A stretch of 64,000 nt of DNA, from positions 32,001 to 96,000 of the forward strand of contig CAVWIH010000013.1 of assembly GCA_963755025.1 (NCBI GenBank), in the 5' to 3' direction. Positions within the stretch are counted from its first letter, which is position 1. Each line of letters begins with the position of its first letter. This stretch comes from an uncultured Actinomycetes bacterium (GTDB taxonomy: Bacteria > Actinomycetota > Thermoleophilia > UBA2241). Under the pieces are notes generated by a model. It was not told where the DNA came from. It made no database searches and saw only the letters and a program-made list of their open reading frames with translations. Position numbers and translations under genes: made by a program. Below, in pieces: positions 8,952 to 18,695 of this stretch.

Positions 8952-10260
8952 ATGAAACGGTCGATTGTCGTCCTGGCGGTGGCTCTGGCATGTCTGCTTT
9001 TGGCTCCCGTCGCGCTCGCCCAAAGCCGCGTCGGTTGCGACCCCGGCGGCAGCACCGGCTTCCACGCCTGCGGTACCGTATCGAGCGTCGACGTCGCAGA
9101 CAACCTGCTCACCCTCAACGTCACGGCCGGCTCCGCTGGCCTTCCCAGCCCCCTCACAGTGGCCATCACTCCCGACACGCAGATCAGCGGCGAAACACCC
9201 ATCGCCCCGCAGGCTTCGCCTGCACTGGGTTGCGGCGACAACACGGTCACCCTCGATCAGGTCGCAATCGGCGAGCAGATCCGCGTCGGCGGCACGATCG
9301 ATGCAAGCTCTGGCACGCCGGTCTACGATGCGCTGCGCATCAGCGTGCATCAGCCGCGCTTTTCCTGCCAGGGCACAGTGAGCGCCGTCGATGTCACCGA
9401 CGGCCTGCTGACAGTCGACTTCACCAATGGCTCAGACGATCTCGTCAGTCCCCTCATCGGTGACCATCACCGCCGACACGCAGATCACCGCCGATGCGGC
9501 GTCTGTCGCCCAGCCCTGCTCAGCCCTTGGCTGCGCCGACAACACGATCACCTTAGACCAAGTCATGGTCGGCGAGCAGGTCTCAGTCCGCGGTACGATC
9601 GACGCAAGCTCCGGCACGCCGGCCTACGACGCCCTGCGCGTCCGCGTGCATCAGCCGCGCTTCTTCTGCGAGGGTGCGGTCAGCGCCATCGACACCACGA
9701 ACAACATCCTCACAGTGGACGTGGCGCACGGCTCGGCCGGGCTTACCGGCACGATCGCGCTTACCATCACGCCCGACACGCGCCTGTTCTCGTTTGCCGA
9801 CTTCGCCTGCAGCCAGCTCGACCTGAGCCAGGTCGCCGTAGGCGACCAGGTGGCAGTCTGCGGCGTGATCGACGCAAGCTCCGGCACACCGGTCTACGAC
9901 GCGCGCGTGGTCTTCGACTGCGGCGCGATCACCTTGCCAGCTCCCGCCAGCCAGCCGACCGCGCTGTCGACGGGGGCAAAGAGCGTGACCCGGGGCAAGA
10001 GCCTCAAGGTCCACCTTCGCATCAGCGACGCCATGCCGGGCTCCTCGACGGCCAGCGTCTCGGTCGCCGTCGTCAATGCAAAAGGCGCGAAGGTCGCCGC
10101 AGGGACGGTCAGTGGCGTGGCGCTCAACAAAGCAGTCACCCTCTCCCTGAAGCTGCGCAAGAGCCTCATTCGCGGTACCTACCGCGTCGTCACCAAGGCG
10201 ACCGACGACGCCGGTAACCGTCAGCTGCGCGCCGGCAGCGCGGTACTGAGAGTGCACTGA
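8952..10260 (+). CDS. Secreted protein with three DUF5666-like (OB-fold-like) repeats and C-terminal Ig-like domain; frameshift ~9450
   Basis: Signal peptide MKRSIVVLAVAL..; repeats G.VS.VD..LT..IT.DT..V.G.IDASSGTP.YDA; joins ORFs 8523..10217 and 9427..10260. Confidence 0.75.
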
Positions 10261-10336
10261 TCACAGCCGCCTTGCGGCGGCAGGGCAGTAGCGTCATGTG
10301 GCGAGGGCGGTGTCAGGTTACTTGGCGCCGCCCTCG

Positions 10337-10401
10337 CTAGTTGCGAACAAGCCTCGCGATCAGCGCTGCCGTTTCTGCCTGCATCGCCGGGATGGCGTGC
10401 G
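10337..10401 (-). repeat. Degenerate copy of the integrase 3' tail (copy B)
   Basis: Minus strand reads HAIPAMQAETAALIARLVRN* versus integrase HAIPAMQEEAAALIAGLVFAR*. Confidence 0.85.
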
Positions 10402-10498
10402 CACGTCACAGTGGCACTCAGGCCATACGGCAGGAGACCGTTCGCGCCAGTGGAATAGACGCGGAGACGAGCATCACTCCTGTTCGGAGCGTTCCCGC

Positions 10499-10783
10499 AT
10501 GCCACACGATCAGCCTCACATAGCAGATTCCGCGGCCACGGACCGCCGCGAAGCGAAGGCTCCCGGCTGGCTCGGCACGCCCTGGTTCGCCCGCCGGAGG
10601 CTGGGCTGGGGCTACCGCCCGGCGAGCTGGCAGGGCTGGGCGCTGACCGTGCTGTTCGTCCTATTTGTCTTCTCGGCCAACGGCATGCTGCGGACCCATC
10701 ACGTCGATCTCTTCGCGGGCAGCCTGGTCGCGCTCTGCGTCGCCTACATTGGGGTGGCGGCGATGACGAGTCGCGCGTTGTAG
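10499..10783 (+). CDS. Small membrane protein, paralog of 7680..7892
   Basis: WFARRRLGWGYRPASWQGW plus two TMs. Confidence 0.7.
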   Translation: MPHDQPHIADSAATDRREAKAPGWLGTPWFARRRLGWGYRPASWQGWALTVLFVLFVFSANGMLRTHHVDLFAGSLVALCVAYIGVAAMTSRAL

Positions 10784-10796
10784 TTGCCCCGAGGCG

Positions 10797-11330
10797 ATGC
10801 GCAGGCCGTCGCTCATACTGGTTATCTCCGTCGTCGGGGGCTGGGCTTTCGGCCTGCTCGACTCGCGCATCCCAATGCCGAGCAGTTCGACTGTCTTCTG
10901 GACCGGCAACCTGGGCGCTCCCTGGCTCGTGCTGCCCTTTCTGGCCGGCTGGACCCAGCCCTCCAGACGGCGGGCTCTCCTGGGAGGGGCGCTCACCTGC
11001 GTCGCCGCTATGGTCGGCTTCTTCGGTCCGGGATCGGGCTGGGGACCGGCGTCCATCGCCTTCGTCGCCGGCTGGATTGCAGCCGGTGCGCTCGCCGGCG
11101 GGCTCTATGGTCGGTTCGGGTTCGCCTGGGGCCGCTCGCGGGCGCTGCCGGAAGGTCTGGCTCTGGCCGTGCCCTTCATTCTCGAGCCGCTGGCCTGGTC
11201 GTGGGGTTTCGGCTACTCGCAGGGCCGCCTGCCCATCTGGTATGCCGAACTGGCCTTCGGTCTGGCGCTCCTGGTCTGGGTGGTCGCGTCGAGCCGTGGT
11301 TCCTCGTCGAGCAAGACCGCGGAGCGCTGA
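10797..11330 (+). CDS. Multi-pass membrane protein (DUF6518-like)
   Basis: GNLGAPWLVLPFLAGW; about 5-6 hydrophobic segments. Confidence 0.65.
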   Translation: MRRPSLILVISVVGGWAFGLLDSRIPMPSSSTVFWTGNLGAPWLVLPFLAGWTQPSRRRALLGGALTCVAAMVGFFGPGSGWGPASIAFVAGWIAAGALAGGLYGRFGFAWGRSRALPEGLALAVPFILEPLAWSWGFGYSQGRLPIWYAELAFGLALLVWVVASSRGSSSSKTAER

Positions 11331-11529
11331 GTTCGCTTCTCGGGTTGCGGGTGCCGCTTGACCGGCGAACGCCGCCATGGCGACTGCGCTCTCCTCTTCC
11401 GACAACTCCCTGGAGCGCAACGTGTGCTGGCACGCGGCTTGGCCACGAGCGTATGCTTCGTGACGGCTTCGGCGTGCCTGGTTGCCTTCGCCGGACCACG
11501 GAAGGCGCCTGCGACCTGGGGGTTGTGTC

Positions 11530-13470
11530 ATGAGGAAGGTCCTGATCTGTCTCGCGCTCGTTTCCCTCTCCTTCCTTGCTTGGGCAGGAGCCGCCTCTGC
11601 CGCAACTTCCCGGCCGTCCGGCACCGTGGCCGTCGCTGCGCAACTGAGGAGCACGGTGCCGGTGACTTTCCTCTCTGACAACTTCGAGGGCGGGCAGAGG
11701 TGGGACCCCCGCTTCTCTGGCTGGATGATCACAACCGACCAGGCATACAGTCCAAGCCACTCGGTCCACGCTGCGGAGTACGGCTCGCCGATGCTGGTCT
11801 ACGGGCCGTTTGATCTCAGCCAGGCGACCGCCGCTACCCTTTCTTTCGAACTGTGGTACGACTCGCCCACGCTCACCAGCCCGCCGAGCTCGACGACCTG
11901 CGGCGCGTTTCTGACCGGCTACTCGACAGACGGTTCGCATTTCACCTTCCCGACACAATGGAGCGGCTCCACGGGGGGCACCTGGCAGGCGCAACGAGTC
12001 GACCTGGGCAGCTGGTACGACCAGGCAAACCAGGCCACGGTCAGCCTGCTCGGCGACGCCAAGGTCTGGATCGCCCTCTCAAGCTCGGTCACCTCGGACC
12101 TTGCCAGCTCCACCGAGGGGAGCTACGTCGACGACCTGACTCTGAGCGCCACCGTCGCCGACACAACGCCACCTACGACCAGCGTCGCCGGCTTGCCCGA
12201 CGGCTGGACGAACCAGCCGGTCACCCTCAGCTTCACGGCCACCGACAACGGCGGCGGCTCCGGTGTCGCCTACACCGAGTATTCGACCGACGCCGGAAAG
12301 GACTGGACCGAGGGCACCTCCCTCGTTGTCGCAGCGCCCGCCGACCACACGGGCGACGGCGTGCACGCCGTCCTCTATCGGTCCGTCGACAACGCCGGCA
12401 ACATAGAGACCGCCAAGAGCTGCTACGTGAGGATCGACACCCGGCGGCCGACTACGAAGGCGCCCGATCAGGCCTATGTCGCCCATGGCGAGACGGTCCG
12501 TCTGAAGTACACGGTCGCAGACCCGCGCCCGGGAAGCCCGACGGCCGACGTTGTGATCGCGGTCAAAAACAGCGCCGGCACGGTGGTCAAGACGCTCACG
12601 CGCAGTGCGATAGCGGTGAACAAGCCGCTCACGGTCAGCCTTGCGGTGCCGCACGCCTGGAAGCCGGGTGCCTACCGGTTCACGGTCTCGGCCACTGACC
12701 AGGCCGGCAACGGGCAGACCGTTCCTGCAGGCAAGAACAAGCTGACCGTCAGGCTGACCGACCAGGAGCTGGCGACGATCCTCGCAGGCAGGCTTGCCCG
12801 CCACACGGGCCATCTGGCCGTCGGCGTCCTTGACTGCACGAGCGGCGCCAGGGTCCTCTACAACGGCGGAGGCAGCTTCCACACGGCCAGCATCGTCAAG
12901 GCCGACATCCTGGCGACCCTCATGCTGCAGCATCAGACCGCCCGGCGCGCGCTCACCACAGCAGAGAAGGCGCTGGCCACGCGCATGATCGAAGACAGCG
13001 ACAACGCCGCCGCCACCGCGCTGTGGAACGACGTCGGTGGGGCGTCCGGCGTTGCCAGGGCAAACGTCCGCCTGGGCCTGCGCCATACCGTCATGAGTGT
13101 CGCTTGGGGTCTGACCGGCACGACGGCAAGCGATCAGCTGACGCTGCTGTCCGACCTCGTCTCAGTGCGCTCTCCCCTGAGTGCCGCCTCGCGGTCCTAT
13201 GAGCTCGGCCTGATGCGCCACGTCGAGCCCGGTCAGGCATGGGGTGTGACTGCGGCGGCGACGCCGGGAACGCCTTCTGCGGTCAAGAACGGCTGGCTCC
13301 CCGACCCGAACCTTTGGGTGATCAACAGCATCGGCGTGATCCACAACTCGGGACACGTGCTGCTCGTGGCCGTGCTTTCCAACGACCAGCCCGGCGAGGT
13401 CAGCGGCATCGCTCAGGATGAAGCAGCCGCGCTTAGCGCGGTACACGTGGCCACCGCGCTCGATCCCTGA
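11530..13470 (+). CDS. Secreted multidomain serine hydrolase (class A beta-lactamase-like C-terminal domain) with Ig-like modules
   Basis: Signal peptide; ASIVK (SxxK), SDN, KNGW motifs; central shared Ig-like module. Confidence 0.8.
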   Translation: MRKVLICLALVSLSFLAWAGAASAATSRPSGTVAVAAQLRSTVPVTFLSDNFEGGQRWDPRFSGWMITTDQAYSPSHSVHAAEYGSPMLVYGPFDLSQATAATLSFELWYDSPTLTSPPSSTTCGAFLTGYSTDGSHFTFPTQWSGSTGGTWQAQRVDLGSWYDQANQATVSLLGDAKVWIALSSSVTSDLASSTEGSYVDDLTLSATVADTTPPTTSVAGLPDGWTNQPVTLSFTATDNGGGSGVAYTEYSTDAGKDWTEGTSLVVAAPADHTGDGVHAVLYRSVDNAGNIETAKSCYVRIDTRRPTTKAPDQAYVAHGETVRLKYTVADPRPGSPTADVVIAVKNSAGTVVKTLTRSAIAVNKPLTVSLAVPHAWKPGAYRFTVSATDQAGNGQTVPAGKNKLTVRLTDQELATILAGRLARHTGHLAVGVLDCTSGARVLYNGGGSFHTASIVKADILATLMLQHQTARRALTTAEKALATRMIEDSDNAAATALWNDVGGASGVARANVRLGLRHTVMSVAWGLTGTTASDQLTLLSDLVSVRSPLSAASRSYELGLMRHVEPGQAWGVTAAATPGTPSAVKNGWLPDPNLWVINSIGVIHNSGHVLLVAVLSNDQPGEVSGIAQDEAAALSAVHVATALDP

Positions 13471-13530
13471 ACCGCATCAGTTTCACCGTCGATGGTGGGC
13501 GTTGGATGTCACCCTGCCGTCTCGTCTGCC

Positions 13531-13593
13531 CGCGAACACCGGCCCCGCGATTGCCTGAGCGGGCTCTTCCTGCATTCGCCGCGATGGTGTGAG
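13531..13593 (-). repeat. Degenerate copy of the integrase 3' tail (copy C)
   Basis: GCGAACACCGGCCCCGCGAT..CTCTTCCTGCAT..GATGGTGTG aligns with 16097-16157. Confidence 0.75.
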
Positions 13594-13658
13594 GTTGCCT
13601 ACGGTCGGTTGGTGAATGAAACTTGCGGCGCAAGGGTATGACTGCTACCATGCGTCAC

Positions 13659-14015
13659 ATGGCAGTCGACTCCCAACGACGAACAGAGCTCCTCCGCGGC
13701 GTCCTCGATCTCTGCCTGCTGGCTGTGGTGAACGAGGGGCCGGCCTACGGCTACGAGATGACCAAGCGGCTGCGCGAGCGCGGCCTGGCGATCGTCGGCG
13801 AGGGGTCCATCTACCCGTTGCTGGGACGGCTGGAGCGCGACGGCCTGGTCGAGACCTATCGGGCTCCAAGCAACGGAGGACCGATGCGCAAGTCCTACCG
13901 GCCCTCCGCCGCGGGTCGACTCGCGCTGGCGATGGGCGTGTCCGAATGGCGAGCCGCCCGCGACGCCGTCGACGGCGTGCTCGCCTCTGTCAAGGTCGAG
14001 GTGCTTCATGACTGA
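13659..14015 (+). CDS. PadR family transcriptional regulator
   Basis: LLRGVLDLCLL..YGYE..EGSIYPLLGRLE..RKSY. Confidence 0.9.
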   Translation: MAVDSQRRTELLRGVLDLCLLAVVNEGPAYGYEMTKRLRERGLAIVGEGSIYPLLGRLERDGLVETYRAPSNGGPMRKSYRPSAAGRLALAMGVSEWRAARDAVDGVLASVKVEVLHD

Positions 14016-14547
14016 CTACGTCGGGCGCTGCCGCGCCGAGTGGCGCCGTCTCGCTGTCCCCGATGCGCTCGCCGAGGAGATGGCGGCCGACCTGGCCTCC
14101 GACCTCTCAGAGGCCGAGGCCGACGGGATCTCGGCCGAGGAACTCTGGGGAAGCGATGCACGTTCGTTTGCGGCCTCCCTGGCCGCCGAGCGCGGCATCA
14201 TCCCGGCGCCGCTCAGCCCAGCGAAGACCCGCCGCAGGCCGCTCGTCTTGGTGGCCTTCACCGTCATCGCCGCGCTCGTGCTGATCTTCGCGGCACGGGC
14301 GCTCCTGACAGGGCAGCCCAAGGCGACACTCGTCGCCAACGTGTCCGGAACGCCGGGACATCACCTGCCATCAGCAACGCCGTTCCCCTTCGCACCACCC
14401 GGCGGGGCCCAGCGCGTCTTCGACCTCGGCAACCTGGCCGCCCCGATCGAGTGGATCCTGCTCGTCTTCGCGATCGTCGCGCTCGGCTTCGCCCTCTGGT
14501 TGTGGTCGAGTTGGGCCCGCTCGCGACCGCCCAGCATGCCAGTCTAG
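14008..14547 (+). CDS. PadR-associated membrane protein
   Basis: Overlaps PadR stop; EEMAADL..DL.EA..G N-terminus, two TMs. Confidence 0.7.
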   Translation: MTDYVGRCRAEWRRLAVPDALAEEMAADLASDLSEAEADGISAEELWGSDARSFAASLAAERGIIPAPLSPAKTRRRPLVLVAFTVIAALVLIFAARALLTGQPKATLVANVSGTPGHHLPSATPFPFAPPGGAQRVFDLGNLAAPIEWILLVFAIVALGFALWLWSSWARSRPPSMPV

Positions 14548-14587
14548 CCAGCTTTCGCGGCCGTTCGCTGCGGACCTGAGTTTGCGG

Positions 14588-14730
14588 CTACTTGGCAAAC
14601 ACGAGCCCCGCGATCAGCGCCGCCGCCTCCTCCTGCGTCGCGGGGACGGGGTGCAAGGAGGGGTCGAGGGTGATGCCAGTGTGACGTCCTGAGGCGCTCT
14701 CGCCACAAGGTGCAGACCGCCGTGCACGAG
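14588..14730 (-). repeat. Degenerate copy of the integrase 3' tail (copy D, longest)
   Basis: 52/58 nt identical to 16090-16147 by hand alignment; reads GITLDPSLHPVPATQEEAAALIAGLVFAK*. Confidence 0.9.
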
Positions 14731-14760
14731 GCTTCCACAGAGCGCTATCATGGGCAGCAG

Positions 14761-15726
14761 ATGGCTGTGCCAGAGCAAGACGACACGATCACTCCAGAAG
14801 ACTACGCGTGGAAGTGGGCCTGGCTGGACGGTCCGGCTCCTTTTGACGGCGATGTGGCAGTTCTCGAGGAGCTCTGCTTCGCCCTCGCCGAGCGACCCCA
14901 GGCCGTCTTGGCTTGCGGCGAGTGGCGCTGTCTGCTGCAGCGCAAGGAGAGTCCGACGCCAGCCGGGCTGCTGCGCCACTACGAGCTCGGCTTCTTCGTG
15001 CGCGCAAGGGCGCCTCACGCCGGCGAGAGCCTGACGGCGCCCGCCCCGCTCGTCACATCGGCCTCGCTTTTGGCGGACGGCTCCGATACCGCGCGGCGTG
15101 CCGCTCAGAGCGCCGTCGCCGTTCTCCTTCGGCAGGTCGCAGCGACCCTCGACTGCAAGGCTCCTGCGCCCGTCGCCATGAGGCCTCAAGGTGCGGTCGC
15201 AAACGAGCGCGTGGCCACGGCCAGAAGCCGAGGCCGACTGGTCCCCGTGCTCGTTGCCGCAGCGATCGTCGTCGCCTGTCTGTTCGGCCTGCGGGCCTTC
15301 GTTCTTGGCCCCTACCTAGTCCCGCCAAGCTCGCAGGCCAGCCCGCTGCAGCACAGTCGTCGCGTGCTCGTCGACCGCGCCGTCTACCATCTGCGGCCGG
15401 TGGGCCGCGGTAATCTGGTCGTGCTGCGCGACCCGGATGCTCACAACGAGCTTGAGATCCGCAAGGTGGTCGCCTTGCCGGACGACCTGATCGTGCTGCG
15501 CGCCGGTCGGCTGCTGGTCGACGGGGCAGCCATCGCCCGAGACCAAGCCCAGGGCGGGTCTGCGACGGGGGTGGCGCCGTTCGACTCTTGGCGGCTTTCC
15601 GCAGGTAGTTACGCTGTAGCCGTTCTGCACGACGGCGCGGCCACCTCGCTGGAGATCGTGCCACGCCGGGCGATCGTGGGCGAACTCCTTCTCACCTTCT
15701 GGCCTCCGCCGCACCTTCCGTTCTAG
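14761..15726 (+). CDS. Divergent signal peptidase I (S26)-like protein with N-terminal extension
   Basis: TM then PYLVPPSS..RVLVDRAVY..RGNLVV..IRKVVALPDD..VPRRAIVG..FWPP. Confidence 0.6.
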   Translation: MAVPEQDDTITPEDYAWKWAWLDGPAPFDGDVAVLEELCFALAERPQAVLACGEWRCLLQRKESPTPAGLLRHYELGFFVRARAPHAGESLTAPAPLVTSASLLADGSDTARRAAQSAVAVLLRQVAATLDCKAPAPVAMRPQGAVANERVATARSRGRLVPVLVAAAIVVACLFGLRAFVLGPYLVPPSSQASPLQHSRRVLVDRAVYHLRPVGRGNLVVLRDPDAHNELEIRKVVALPDDLIVLRAGRLLVDGAAIARDQAQGGSATGVAPFDSWRLSAGSYAVAVLHDGAATSLEIVPRRAIVGELLLTFWPPPHLPF

Positions 15727-15767
15727 GATGCCGAAGGCAGGCTGCCCGCCTTCCCCGGCATCTTGTC

Positions 15768-15827
15768 TGCAAAGATCGACCCCGCAATGAGCGACCCGCC
15801 TCCTCTTGCATCGCCGGGGTGGCGTGC
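15768..15827 (-). repeat. Degenerate copy of the integrase 3' tail (copy E)
   Basis: Minus strand reads HATPAMQEEA. Confidence 0.75.
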
Positions 15828-16089
15828 CGCGGCGACGTCTGCTGGTGCTGGCCGCGCCTCATCAAACTGCTCGACCGCAGGAAACGATGCTGGATGACCC
15901 TAGGGCGCAGTCGGCCGTCGATCGAGTGGCAGAAGCCCTGGCTGAAAGAAGGACGCTGAGCATGCTTGAGGTGCTCGGGCTGCCGGCGGTCGAGCATCTC
16001 GTCGGTTCCGAAACGATGTGCTCCATGTCGGCGAGCTGGCTGTACGGATGGCATGGGGCAGGATGAGGGGCCATCGCGAAGGCCAGGAG

Positions 16090-17328
16090 CTACCTTGCGA
16101 ACACGAGCCCCGCGATCAGCGCCGCCGCCTCTTCCTGCATCGCCGGGATGGCGTGCGAGTAGGTGTCGAGCGTTATCGACACGGTGGCGTGGCCAAGGGG
16201 CTCGGAGACGGCCTTGGGATGGACGCCGGCCTGCAGGGCGAGGGTGGCGTGGGTGTGGCGCAGGTCGTGCAGTCGGATCGTGGGCAGCATCGACTTCCTG
16301 ACGGCTTGGCGGAACCAGCGCGTCACGGCCTCGGGGTTGAGGTGCTGGCCGTCTTCGGCGGTGAAGACGTAACCAGAGTCGGTCCAGCCTTCCTGCCGCT
16401 GCGCCTGCTCGTCGAGCTGGCGGGCGGCTTGCCTTTCAGCACCGAGACGGTCTCGGCGTCGAGGGCGATCGAGCGCCGGCCCCGAGCCGTCTTGGGCTCG
16501 GAGACCACGACCTCGCGCCCCGAGGGGATGAGGGCGCGACGAACGGAGAGCCGTCCGGCCTCAAGGTCGAGGTCGTCCCAGCGCAGACCGAGAGCCTCGC
16601 CGCGGCGCATGCCGGTCATGGCGAGCACATGCCAGAGGTCGTGGAGCCTCTCGTCTGCGGTCGCCTTCAGGAACCCCCCGAGCTGCTCAGCCGTCCAGGT
16701 CTTCATCTCGCGGCGCTCGGTGCCGCGCTGATGAGGCGGGTCCGCTGCGTCGACGGGGTTGCGCTGCAGGTAGCCCCAGCGCGCGGCGTCGCGAAAGGCG
16801 CGGTGCAGGCAGGCGTGAACGTGGTGGATGGTGGCGGGGGAGAGGCCGCGGTTGCCGTTCTTGCGGCCCGACTCGGCGAGCTTCGCGTAAAGCCCGTTCA
16901 GGGTGGCGCCGGTGACTTTCTGCAACTTCACGGTGCCGATGAAGGGCACGACGTGGCAGACGACGTGCTGGACGTAGGAGTTGTAGGTCGAGTCCCGGAT
17001 CGTCGACTTGGCTGCCGGTAACCACTCGTTCTTGAGGTACTCTTTGACCGTGGCCTTGGTGGGCGCCACGTAGGTCTGCTCCTCGACCGCGACCATGAGC
17101 TTGTTCATGGCGGCGAGGCACTCCTTGCGGGTCGCGAAGCCGCCCTTGATGGCGCGCCGGCGCTCCTCGGTATCGTTGAGCTCGCCGGCGCACTTCGGAC
17201 AGGACTCCGCGCTGCTTGCGTTCCACCCAGAACCGTCCGTTGCAGGTCGTGCACCGCTGGGCGGCGGCCACGCCGACGTCGACGTTGTACTCCCAGCTCT
17301 CACCACGACGGCGGATGGAGCCCCTCAT
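16090..17328 (-). CDS. Tyrosine recombinase/phage integrase (frameshifts ~17215 and ~16430)
   Basis: TGMRRGE, PKT, HDLRH, LGH, TYSH catalytic motifs across ORFs 16687..17328, 16323..17306, 16090..16326. Confidence 0.92.
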
Positions 17329-18452
17329 GGTGTGGCCTCCTTCTCTCTGCCGCGTTCCTCTTGGCGTGAGGTGGCCTGTAGATAGCTCGAGCGAATCGCG
17401 CGCGGGTTGCCGTGGGGGTGCTGCGGGTACAGCTCGTTCCAGTGCGCGAGTAACTGGCCCCAGCTGGGCAAACGCGCTCCCGGCGCCGGCTGGCGACGCT
17501 CGCGGGCCACGAAGCGCACAAGCTCTGCCGACCAGATCGTCTGACGTGCGGAGGGATCGGTCGGAAGCCCGTAGTCGCGGTTGCGCGCCCGGCGGTAGAT
17601 GGAGGCCACTTCATCCGGTGATATCAGCCCTGAGCTCACCGTGATCACGTAGCGGCGCGATACGTCTGACGGGCACGTCGGCTCGCCTTCGGGATCTCGT
17701 GCGAACTCGACGAGCGAGGGGTAGGAGGTGACGAGCAGGGTCGAGGGCAGCTCGGGGCGGATGTCGGCAAGGAGCCATTCCACGGCCTCGCTCTCGCGGC
17801 ACCCCGATGCCCCTGCCAAGTGGCGCGCGAGATCGCGGAGATTGCGCAGCGGATAGCAACTCGCCGGGAAAGGCAGAGCGACGTCCTCGCCCGTGAGCCC
17901 GCGCCAGAGCAACACCTCCGCACCGCCCGAGTCGCCCTGAGCGGCGATGTATTCGGCGAGCCACCAGGATGCCGCTTCGCGGTCCATGAGCGGCTCAAGT
18001 TCCTCGTCGGTGCCGTCCGCCTCGAGGGCGCGCGTATCGCCGGTCAGCCATGCCCAGGCGGCTCGACGGGTCGACGGCGCGCCGGGGTTGATTGGCCGCA
18101 GCGCGAGCTTGAGACGGGCGTCGTCGCGCAGCCAGGTGAAGCCCAAAAGCACGCGTCCGAGGTGACCCTCTAGGTAGGCGCGCCACTGCGGCCCGGCAAG
18201 CGCCGAGTCCCCTGGCGGCTGCTCGGCGCGGGGCTCGTTGCGCAAGGTGCGGCGTTTCCTCGGGCTGAAGGTCGCACGTCCCTCCGCGACGTCACCAACG
18301 GCATCGACGAAATCCCGCGCATCGAGCTCCTCCAGGGGCTGCCCGTTCTTGTCCTCCAGCCAGGTGAGCTCCACGTCCGTGAGGCGGCCCTCACCTCGCG
18401 CGGCCAGGGCCTGATCGAAGCGGCTTCGCGCTGCCTTCTTCTCGTCTGCCAT
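17325..18452 (-). CDS. Hypothetical protein translationally coupled to the integrase; possible C-terminal HTH
   Basis: MADEKKAA.. start; ATGA overlap with int; C-terminal 'SWGQLLAHWN..YP..IRSSY'. Confidence 0.65.
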   Translation of the reverse strand: MADEKKAARSRFDQALAARGEGRLTDVELTWLEDKNGQPLEELDARDFVDAVGDVAEGRATFSPRKRRTLRNEPRAEQPPGDSALAGPQWRAYLEGHLGRVLLGFTWLRDDARLKLALRPINPGAPSTRRAAWAWLTGDTRALEADGTDEELEPLMDREAASWWLAEYIAAQGDSGGAEVLLWRGLTGEDVALPFPASCYPLRNLRDLARHLAGASGCRESEAVEWLLADIRPELPSTLLVTSYPSLVEFARDPEGEPTCPSDVSRRYVITVSSGLISPDEVASIYRRARNRDYGLPTDPSARQTIWSAELVRFVARERRQPAPGARLPSWGQLLAHWNELYPQHPHGNPRAIRSSYLQATSRQEERGREKEATP

Positions 18453-18464
18453 GACATAACTCCA

Positions 18465-18695
18465 GTGAGACAATGCGTAAGTATAGTGGCACCATACATT
18501 AAGGTCGATGACGACGAGTTGCGCTCCTACCTTCGCGCTCACCACGTCGTGTCGAAGTGGCCGTTCACAGGCAAGGCGCTGTCACTGAGTCGTTCCACAA
18601 CCTTTGCGTGCAGGGACATCCCGACGCTGCGCCTCGGCCACCTCCTGAAGGTGCGCTCTGCCTGGCTCGATCAGACGCTGTTCGGCGCCGAGTGA
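18465..18695 (+). CDS. Putative excisionase/recombination directionality factor
   Basis: GKALSLSRSTTF..DIPTLRLGHLLKV; divergent from the int operon; start uncertain. Confidence 0.6.
   Translation: MRQCVSIVAPYIKVDDDELRSYLRAHHVVSKWPFTGKALSLSRSTTFACRDIPTLRLGHLLKVRSAWLDQTLFGAE

Noticed and set aside
11365-11430. Additional integrase-tail copy (reads HTLR..EEESAVAMAAFA)
   Set aside because: Position fits the pattern but similarity is too weak to list as a feature without a profile search.
15887-16066. Small ORF resembling a peptidase M41-like C-terminal helix (VAEALAERRTLS..EV)
   Set aside because: Too short and without supporting motifs; may be a gene remnant between tail E and int.
7239-16090. 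Classical integron with attC sites
   Set aside because: No consistent RYYYAAC...GTTRRRY imperfect palindromes seen, the integrase is phage-type with an arm-binding N-terminus, and the array lies downstream of int.
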